DNA of 64,000 bases from an uncultured Nitrososphaeraceae archaeon (GTDB lineage: Archaea > Thermoproteota > Nitrososphaeria > Nitrososphaerales > Nitrososphaeraceae), in NCBI GenBank assembly GCA_963729045.1, contig CAVSMN010000009.1, positions 96,001 to 160,000 of the forward strand, read 5' to 3'. A program made the position numbers and the translations under genes. This document shows, piece by piece, positions 55,015 through 62,608 of the stretch (positions are counted from its first letter, which is position 1; the number at the start of each line of letters is the position of its first letter). A model generated the notes under the pieces. It was not told the origin of the DNA. It was given only the letters and a program-made list of their open reading frames with translations, and made no database searches.

Positions 55015-55113
55015 AGATTCTGATAGGATTTGGATTAGTAGAATAGAGATGGACAAGATTCTGATAGGGTTTGGATTAGTAGAATAGAGATGGACAAGAT
55101 TCTGATAGGGTTT
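55015..55113. repeat. 41-bp direct tandem repeat, ~2.4 copies
   Basis: AGATTCTGATAGGRTTTGGATTAGTAGAATAGAGATGGACA starting at 55015 and 55056, partial copy at 55097. Confidence 0.92.
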
Positions 55114-55327
55114 AGTGTTAACAAGATCTGGCTTTATTTGACTCCATTCGAGATAGATCATTTTGTATTAGAATTATTGGTAAGGCTATCTTTTTGATAA
55201 TTAATGTTGAAAGTCGGTAAGGAATCTAGTTAATACATAAATTAATATAAAATATTACAAGTACCGTTTTTAAACTCATTTATTCTATATTTGGTTTCTA
55301 TAGGAAATATTTGAACCAAATATTCAA

Positions 55328-55419
55328 TGGGGCCAGAGGGATTCGAACCCTCGACCGCCAGCGCCCCGGGCTTATACCCAAAAATTGGATGGTATCCTGC
55401 CAAGCTAGACGATAGCCCC
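55328..55419 (-). tRNA. tRNA-Pro(GGG) with 18-nt intron at 29/30 (55372-55389)
   Basis: GGGGCTA/TGGCCCC acceptor, CCAGC-CCGGGGC-GCTGG anticodon arm after removal of the BHB intron, GAGGG-TTCGAAT-CCCTC T arm. Confidence 0.88.
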
Positions 55420-55511
55420 CTTGTTTATTAAAAATAAACCTCTCATTTTTAAACCTAAGTATACAACTAATTGCAGAGAAATTCTAAAGATACATTTTAA
55501 TAATTAGTTAA

Positions 55512-56525
55512 ATGCTTTATAGCATATCATTTATGCTGGTTAATGAACTAGATGCCATAGACAAAGAAATACTTAATGATATTCAATGGTCTTTTCCTTT
55601 GGTTGAAAGACCGTTCTTAGAAATGGCAAATAAATACCAATTAAAAGAAGAAGAAGTTCTCGATAGAACTCAAAGATTAAAAGATATTGGAATTATTAGA
55701 CAGATAAGTGCAATTTTTGATACTCGTAAGTTAGGATACAAGAGTGCGTTAGTGGCTTTTTCAGTGGATAAGAATAAGATAGATTATGTCGCTAATGAAA
55801 TAAACAAACACCCAGGTGTAAGTCACAACTACGAAAGAAATCATGAATACAATGTTTGGTTTACGTTAGCTGTATCTCCGGATGCAGATATGAAAACCGA
55901 TTTAGATAGAATGGCCTCCCTAGATGGAGTTTTAAAATATAGAGTATTACCAACGCTAAAAATGTATAAAATAGGCGTGAAATTGGACATGGTAAATGAT
56001 GATCCTGAAAAACCTAGTCCCACCGACGATGTAAAAAAAATGGATGCAAAAGCAGAGAAAATATCAGAAGTGGATAAAGAATACATTAGACAATTGCAAA
56101 AAGATATCAAGATAATTAGAGAACCATTCAAAACAATCACGGATAATTTGGGAATAAATCTGGAAGAGCTCTTTAACAAAGTTAAGGAATATCAAAATAT
56201 AGGCATCATGAGAAGATTTGCAGCAATTCTTAGGCATAGGCAAGCAGGCTTTACGGCAAATGGAATGATAGTATGGAATGTGCCGGAAGAAAACATAGAT
56301 CAAATAGGATTAAAAATCGCTTCTTTTCCGCAAGTAAGTCATTGTTATAGACGTCCTATATACCCAGACTGGGAATTTAATCTTTTTAGCATGATTCATG
56401 CTAGAACAATTGATGCAGCTGAAAAAATAGCAAAGGAAATATCTGCAATAATTAAAATTGATAGATACAGAATATTGTTTAGTTCCAGAGAATTTAAAAA
56501 AGAAAGAGTAAAATATTTCGAGTAA
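55512..56525 (+). CDS. ahbAB: Siroheme decarboxylase, fused AhbA-AhbB (NirDL-like)
   Basis: FPLVERPF, GVSHNYER, NVWFT; second half GFTANGM, VSHCYRRP, LFSMIH, EFKKERVKYF. Confidence 0.85.
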   Translation: MLYSISFMLVNELDAIDKEILNDIQWSFPLVERPFLEMANKYQLKEEEVLDRTQRLKDIGIIRQISAIFDTRKLGYKSALVAFSVDKNKIDYVANEINKHPGVSHNYERNHEYNVWFTLAVSPDADMKTDLDRMASLDGVLKYRVLPTLKMYKIGVKLDMVNDDPEKPSPTDDVKKMDAKAEKISEVDKEYIRQLQKDIKIIREPFKTITDNLGINLEELFNKVKEYQNIGIMRRFAAILRHRQAGFTANGMIVWNVPEENIDQIGLKIASFPQVSHCYRRPIYPDWEFNLFSMIHARTIDAAEKIAKEISAIIKIDRYRILFSSREFKKERVKYFE

Positions 56526-56555
56526 ATTACGGTTTTGTTAATTAAAAATTTTTAA

Positions 56556-57548
56556 TTATGCCAATAATTTAGGCATATCAAAGTTTTTTTCATACATTTG
56601 TTCGATTTGCAGTCTCTCATCTTCATTCAAATAATTACCATCAGAAATTTGAGCAAACAAATCTATTTCTTCAATGCTTGTGACAGTTGGTAATAGAACG
56701 GAGATTTGTTTTTGCGATAAAATATACTTCATAGAAATTTCAGTAATATCCCATCCATGAGAATTAGCAATGGGTTTGAGTTTTTCTATTTTTTGCATCG
56801 CTTGTATAATCCATTCTTTTTTTCTATTATTTCTATGGTCATTCTTATCAAATACTGTATGTTCATTTACTTTGCCAGTTAAAACTCCCGATGCATCGGG
56901 TACTCTAACCATTATGCCTACTGAATTATTTCTTTTATCTACAGCATCAAAAAATACCCTTCCAGGATCCTGTTCTAATATATTATACACAGTTTGTAAA
57001 CAAACTATATTCCTGTTTTTTATAGCATGAATTCCTTCTTTTTCCCATCCTATTGCAGGCCCTAAAGCAACGCCGTGACTCTTAATTTTTCCAGAGCTTA
57101 CTAATTCATCTAATTTGTGAAATAATTTATCGTTTTCTATCGCATCCATCTTGGGATTATGCAAACTATATACATCAATAAAATTGGTTTCTAATCTTTT
57201 CATGCTTTCTGACAAAGCATAATCTAAGAATTCTGGAGTGTGCTTTTGGGGAATCTCGCCATGTCCTACTTGCTTTGCATTATACATATCATAACCCCAT
57301 TTAGTGGAATAAATTACCTCATTGCGCATATCCTTAAAGGCTTTTGCTAATAATTTTTCACTCTTGCCCCTTCCATACATATCAGCAGTTTCATAAAAAT
57401 TAATTCCTAAATCAAAAGCATGTTTTAGCATCTTTATAGACTCGTCTTCTTCAAGTTTTTTTCCCCACCAGTCTAAACCTAAAGTCCATGTCCCAAATCC
57501 AATTTCACTAACTTTAATTCCGGTATTTCCTAAGTTACGATATTTCAT
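56556..57548 (-). CDS. Aldo/keto reductase
   Basis: GIKVSEIGFGTW, ETADMYGRGKSE, STKWG, IDVYSLHNP. Confidence 0.92.
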   Translation of the reverse strand: MKYRNLGNTGIKVSEIGFGTWTLGLDWWGKKLEEDESIKMLKHAFDLGINFYETADMYGRGKSEKLLAKAFKDMRNEVIYSTKWGYDMYNAKQVGHGEIPQKHTPEFLDYALSESMKRLETNFIDVYSLHNPKMDAIENDKLFHKLDELVSSGKIKSHGVALGPAIGWEKEGIHAIKNRNIVCLQTVYNILEQDPGRVFFDAVDKRNNSVGIMVRVPDASGVLTGKVNEHTVFDKNDHRNNRKKEWIIQAMQKIEKLKPIANSHGWDITEISMKYILSQKQISVLLPTVTSIEEIDLFAQISDGNYLNEDERLQIEQMYEKNFDMPKLLA

Positions 57549-58309
57549 TAAATTATACTCCTCACTTTTTCAGATAGTTTATTGAAATTATCGTCGTCTA
57601 TACAAGGCTTACTGATTGACTTTAGATATTCAAATGGCTTTTCGGGCAGGTGATTTTCAAAATATGCTATCAAGTCTGGATCATGTGAGTCAATTTGAAT
57701 CCAGGACTTGCAACCTACCCATTCAGGTTTGTTCATTAATTTTATTGGGTTGTTTAATTTGTATACTCGTAACAACAATAAATAAAGCGGCTTTTTTGGA
57801 TTATAATCAAATCGAGATTTGAGATAATCATCAGTCCATATATGGAAATTCTCTAATTTTTTTAACGTAGTTAAATCGGGCACTTTACTAAAATGAGTTA
57901 TCTCAACAAATGATGTAATCTCAGTTGTTTTATTTGAATCAGGCAGAGTTTCGGCACTGTCTAATCCATTTTTTCTGTTTAATTCATCCAGGGTTGTATG
58001 ATAGTCCATACGGATTGATTCTTTAGCTTGATGTTCAAAAGTTGGGGATAAGAAAAAATTCTTGAACTTTAGTTCAAAGCCGTTGCGAAATTCCATAATA
58101 CCTCCTTTTCTGAACGATAAAATTTGATTTCCGGATTCTAGGGCTTTGCAAACTATAGCCCACTCTTTTAATGCCCCAAGAGTATCTGCGCTGGATTTTG
58201 ATTCATCATTAAGACTTTGAGTATTATTGACTTGGGCTGAGGTTGCTGCTGCAGCATCTGAAGAAATCGTTGAATATGTTCTTTCAGAATCAAGACCGAA
58301 TCTTTTCAA
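57548..58309 (-). CDS. DUF1802 family protein
   Basis: ALKEWA, RKGGI, PTFEHQ, FHIW, GCKSWI. Confidence 0.85.
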   Translation of the reverse strand: MKRFGLDSERTYSTISSDAAAATSAQVNNTQSLNDESKSSADTLGALKEWAIVCKALESGNQILSFRKGGIMEFRNGFELKFKNFFLSPTFEHQAKESIRMDYHTTLDELNRKNGLDSAETLPDSNKTTEITSFVEITHFSKVPDLTTLKKLENFHIWTDDYLKSRFDYNPKKPLYLLLLRVYKLNNPIKLMNKPEWVGCKSWIQIDSHDPDLIAYFENHLPEKPFEYLKSISKPCIDDDNFNKLSEKVRSII

Positions 58310-58456
58310 TTGGATAGTTCTAGAACCAGAAACCTATAATATCATTAAAACCATTATCTAAAAAAGAATTAGAAATCATATAAACACCAGTTTACAATTG
58401 TATTGTTATTATAAATAAATATTATTAACCACTGATTTTCGAATAATAGAATGCTT

Positions 58457-59293
58457 TTAACCCAGGCTCTTAATTATCTCCTCTATATTTTTTAGGACAC
58501 ATGGGATCATCGGTGTATCTTTAATGATATATTTACTAACTTGAGTTTCACGTAGGTCTATGATCAAGTTCTGGAATCTTGAAAGATTGTCAGTTTCAAA
58601 AGCCAACATGAAATCCTGATCATCAATTCCAAATGAATATGTGGTATTAAGTCGAATTTCAGGATATTTTCTTCCAACTCTTATATGTTCTTCCATCATC
58701 TCTTTTCTTTTCTCAAAGGGCAAAAGATACCATTCCCGAGATTTAATAAATGGATACACTACCGCATATTGCAATGGCTCCTCTTCAGTTTCAAATCCAA
58801 GTTTAACCTGATTTGAATAAAATGATTTTCTAGTTAAAGAAAGATATGTGGATGTAGGTTCTATATATTTTCCCAGTATAGTAGTATAAATTTTTGTAGC
58901 CAGCACCTGAATATTTTCTAGTGATGACGACATGGTCCAAATCATAAATTCACTATCGTGTCTTAAACCGATGGTAGAATAAGTTCTAATTTTCATTCTC
59001 TTGCGTGCAGCATTTAATAATTCAAGAAACTCGCGCGAAGCCTCATCTTTGCCCATCTCATTTAGCCAACGCCACTTGGGATCTACTTTATAAAATGTAA
59101 AAGTAAAGAATTTTTCAGAGTTATTCTTGTTGTCGGATTCATCAGTCTTGGCATCCGATAGTTCAGGATCTTTGGTAGTTGTTAAAGTGTTCACACCATC
59201 ATCATCTCTTGCATTATTTAAATTATCAATTTTATTTTTATTAATACTAGATAAATTATCAACTTCTAAAGGCCTTTTATTCTTGTTTCGCAT
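58457..59293 (-). CDS. Chlorite dismutase superfamily protein, probable coproheme decarboxylase (ChdC/HemQ)
   Basis: YSTIGLR, VYPFIKSREWYLLP, MMEEH proximal His, SFGIDDQDF. Confidence 0.85.
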   Translation of the reverse strand: MRNKNKRPLEVDNLSSINKNKIDNLNNARDDDGVNTLTTTKDPELSDAKTDESDNKNNSEKFFTFTFYKVDPKWRWLNEMGKDEASREFLELLNAARKRMKIRTYSTIGLRHDSEFMIWTMSSSLENIQVLATKIYTTILGKYIEPTSTYLSLTRKSFYSNQVKLGFETEEEPLQYAVVYPFIKSREWYLLPFEKRKEMMEEHIRVGRKYPEIRLNTTYSFGIDDQDFMLAFETDNLSRFQNLIIDLRETQVSKYIIKDTPMIPCVLKNIEEIIKSLG

Positions 59294-59527
59294 GACTTGT
59301 ATGCTATTTTAAATTAATAAATAGTTTAATACAGTCAATTGACATTAATTTTTCAGAAATAACAGTGACCTGCTGAGGCTTAATTGGCTAGATTAGCTTT
59401 AGTTTATCCTATCCTAACGACTGTAGGATATTAGTCATTCTCTGAGACAAAATAATAGATTTGAATAATTCTGTTTAATAATATCACTACTAGTACCAGG
59501 ATTAATACTACCATTCTCATATACGAA

Positions 59528-59792
59528 TTATTCGTAAATCGAAGAGTGATTTCTCTGGGAAGGATTTATATATTTCAGGCCACGGTTAGCAGTATCTTTT
59601 TTATTCGCAACCTTTTTCTTTTTATCCTTATCCGTTATTTTTTCTCTAACTTGATCGTCTCTTTTACTTTCCATGTATGTATTTGTAGGCTCAAAAGCAG
59701 CAGAATGTGGCTCAAAGAATGTCCCATGATCCATCAGATCATTGTTTTTTATTATTCTTACCTTCTTTTTCATATGGATCACCTTTTTTCAT
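59528..59792 (-). CDS. Small basic hypothetical protein (possible frameshift in T6 at 59745-59750)
   Basis: ATG at 59792 (MKKGDPYEKEG) joins ORF 59528-59782 if one A is removed. Confidence 0.45.
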
Positions 59793-60021
59793 ATCTCGAA
59801 TTACAGATTATCTCGTTTTTACTCTTTTGCTTGCAAGCGGACCTAAGACGTCGTGGTTGCAACTTGGTATAACCAAGCAAGAGAGGATAATAAACTTACT
59901 TTAAGGTAAATGGAAAAAATGAATGAGATTATGATGATCTCCTATTGTCTATTCCTCGTCGACCCAGCTCGGTTAAGAGTGGTTCAATGCCGGTTTTAGT
60001 TACCTCTGTAATAGTTGTCTT

Positions 60022-60813
60022 TTATACAGCATCTACTGATTCATCAGATAGTCCAAGCCAAGCATATCCTTTGGACTCTAATTCTTCCGATAGCTCCTTT
60101 CCTGCTGTTTTTATTATTTTTCCTTTTGACATCACATGTACTTTATCTAGTTTTTTCAAATAACGCAAAATCCTTGCATAGTGAGTAATAACTATTACTC
60201 CTGCACCCGTTTCAATTAATTTATTGATAGCCTCAGCAACAGACTTTACAGCGTCTATATCCAATCCAGAATCAGGCTCGTCAAGAATTGCAAGATTGGG
60301 TCTTAAGACCAGCATTTGCATTACTTCAGATCTCTTTTTTTCTCCTCCAGAAAAACCTTCATTAAGGTATCTACTTAAAAAGCTTGGATCTAGACCTACA
60401 TTATCAAGATTTCTCTTTAGATATTCATGGAATTCTTTTACGGTTATGAAAACTTCTCGATCCTTTTGTTCGGCTGTCAAAGATTTACTTAATAAATTAT
60501 AGGCATTGCGTAAGAAATGACTATATCCTACTCCAGATACTTCAGTTGGATATTGAAATCCTAAAAATAATCCCTTCCTTGCTCTTTCATCTGTTCTTAA
60601 ATTAATAATACTTTCATTATTGACTAAAATATCACCTGAAGTTATAGAATAACGCGGATGACCCAACAAAACGTTGGCTAATGTACTTTTTCCAGAGCCA
60701 TTTAATCCCATAATGGCATGAACTTCACCTTTATTGACATCCAAATTAACACCGTTAAGTATTTTTTTATCTTCAATATTGACATTTAGATCTTTGATGG
60801 TTAAGAATGACAT
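60022..60813 (-). CDS. sufC: Fe-S cluster assembly ATPase SufC
   Basis: HAIMGLNGSGKSTL, GFQYP, RYLNEGFSGGEKKR, LDEPDSGLDIDA, ITHY. Confidence 0.96.
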   Translation of the reverse strand: MSFLTIKDLNVNIEDKKILNGVNLDVNKGEVHAIMGLNGSGKSTLANVLLGHPRYSITSGDILVNNESIINLRTDERARKGLFLGFQYPTEVSGVGYSHFLRNAYNLLSKSLTAEQKDREVFITVKEFHEYLKRNLDNVGLDPSFLSRYLNEGFSGGEKKRSEVMQMLVLRPNLAILDEPDSGLDIDAVKSVAEAINKLIETGAGVIVITHYARILRYLKKLDKVHVMSKGKIIKTAGKELSEELESKGYAWLGLSDESVDAV

Positions 60814-60984
60814 AAAATTTTATATATCAATACATAATATAAATATTCGGCAAAATAACACTGTTATAATTATAAAATTTATATATTTTGTGTAAATTTG
60901 GGTTAATTAATTGATTAAAGTATAATAATTTATAATAATTATTTAAAAAAAGAATACAAAGAAAATAAATTTTTGTAAAAAAAA

Positions 60985-61500
60985 TTAAGTTATTGTTATT
61001 GTTCCTTTCATGAATGGATGAACAGTACAATGGTAATTATGTTCGCCTGGACCCATTTTTTCTGCAGGTACGCTAGCTTTAGCAGCTGGCATTATAATAC
61101 TGGTATCAAAAAGTTTTCCGGTTTCTGGGTCTTCAGGTCCGGTTCCGCTTGTAGCCGTGTGTGGAACAGTATCTTCGTTAACCCAAGTCACTAATGCATC
61201 ACTAGTTGCACTAGCAGGATCAGGTCCATAGGAAGGATTTCCTTGTGTGGATGAACCCTGTAATATTTTCACTTCAACTTTATTGGCAAATGCAGATTCA
61301 TCTACAGCCGCCGATGATGACTCTCCAGCTGCATCCGTAGCACTAGCTGCAGGAGCTGGTGGAAGTTCTTGTCTGTAAATAGAATCGACTATCCCCGCTT
61401 TTGGAGTAGCTGCAGTAAACAAATAATAAGCAATTATTCCGACTATAACCGCCATCCCCATAAGCGTATAAAAAGCTCTTTTGTCAGTCTTATCAGCCAT
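60985..61500 (-). CDS. Membrane-anchored cupredoxin (plastocyanin-like blue copper protein)
   Basis: N-terminal TM helix; HTAT and YHCTVHPFM type-1 copper ligands. Confidence 0.9.
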   Translation of the reverse strand: MADKTDKRAFYTLMGMAVIVGIIAYYLFTAATPKAGIVDSIYRQELPPAPAASATDAAGESSSAAVDESAFANKVEVKILQGSSTQGNPSYGPDPASATSDALVTWVNEDTVPHTATSGTGPEDPETGKLFDTSIIMPAAKASVPAEKMGPGEHNYHCTVHPFMKGTITIT

Positions 61501-61673
61501 ATTGACAACAAATTGTATAAAACGCCCTTATTAATTTCTTTTACGATTTTATTTGACCAAAAAGACTGTAATTTCAAATTTATCATCATAATTGGAAAAA
61601 GAAATATCAATGGACGAATCCAAATGATATAACTTTTATTTCTGATTTCTGATATTTTTATTGCAACGAGAGA

Positions 61674-61850
61674 ATGCTGAAGGGGAGAGAAAGAATTAAC
61701 TGTAGTATATGTAATGACAGAATTGGCGATTTTAAATATGAGGCAATGCCACAATGGAATATTTCAGGATTCTTATGTAGCAAATGTTATTCAAAAAAGA
61801 TATCAGAACACTATATAAAACAAAACCCAGAAGAAAAAAAATTAAAGTAA
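61674..61850 (+). CDS. Small zinc-finger protein (58 aa; absent from the ORF track)
   Basis: MLKGRERINCSICNDRIGDFKYEAMPQWNISGFLCSKCYSKKISEHY...*. Confidence 0.75.
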   Translation: MLKGRERINCSICNDRIGDFKYEAMPQWNISGFLCSKCYSKKISEHYIKQNPEEKKLK

Positions 61851-61933
61851 AAGCACACTATGCTGGACTAACCTGGGCATGGCTGGATTGGACAAAGCTG
61901 AAATCAAAACTAGAGAATTCATGAAATTATTAA

Positions 61934-62536
61934 TTAATCGACTTTACGGATCTCAACGGCCCTATTGTTTTCGATTATAGATCTAGCATTCTCAAAAGGT
62001 AAAATTGCCACATCATCTCTCTGATACGGACCATATTTATTCATATTAACGCCTACAAATTGCTCCATGGAATCCAAAAACCTTATAATTACAAAATTCT
62101 GATTTATTGAAGATACGATCTTTTCCAAAGTTTTCGATTTTCCTTCAAGTAGCATTTTTAGTACTATGTTAATTCTTTGCTCTCTTTCTCTATTTCCGAA
62201 AAACACGTATTTTTCTTCATCTGTAAGGTTAGAGTATTCAAACATATTTTGTGATTTTGAACTATTAAAAATTTTTTTGCATCTTAATACGAATATCAAA
62301 GTCGTTAATTTGACAACCAAGTTTATTAAATTGGAATTAATTTCTTTAGAAATTTTCTCCGTAGTCTCATTATTCTCTTTTTCATTTTGTTCTTTTAATA
62401 AAGAAACAAGATTTGAAATATTTTGATAAAAATTGTGAGGGACAGGCTGAGGTCCATTATCAAGATGGATTTCTCCTTTTAAAATATTAAAAATTTCATC
62501 TATTTTTATTAAATTAGTTGGCTTTCTATGATCCAT
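61934..62536 (-). CDS. GINS complex subunit (Gins51-type)
   Basis: Helical A domain (NLTDEEK) followed by a beta B domain (FVGVNMNKYGPY...DVAILPFENA). Confidence 0.85.
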   Translation of the reverse strand: MDHRKPTNLIKIDEIFNILKGEIHLDNGPQPVPHNFYQNISNLVSLLKEQNEKENNETTEKISKEINSNLINLVVKLTTLIFVLRCKKIFNSSKSQNMFEYSNLTDEEKYVFFGNREREQRINIVLKMLLEGKSKTLEKIVSSINQNFVIIRFLDSMEQFVGVNMNKYGPYQRDDVAILPFENARSIIENNRAVEIRKVD

Positions 62537-62608
62537 CAGCTATCACACAATTTGTATACATGATAAGCTTAATTAGAGGTTTTTATTTTACTATATCGAA
62601 TATTTCAT

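Noticed and set aside
55015..55113. Possible mini-CRISPR
   Set aside because: The whole 41-bp unit repeats, with no unique spacers
55512..56525. Lrp/AsnC transcription factor call
   Set aside because: Duplicated HxYxR motifs identify an AhbA/B-type decarboxylase
59931..60010. C/D-box sRNA (ATGATGA box C-like)
   Set aside because: No suitably placed CTGA box D found downstream
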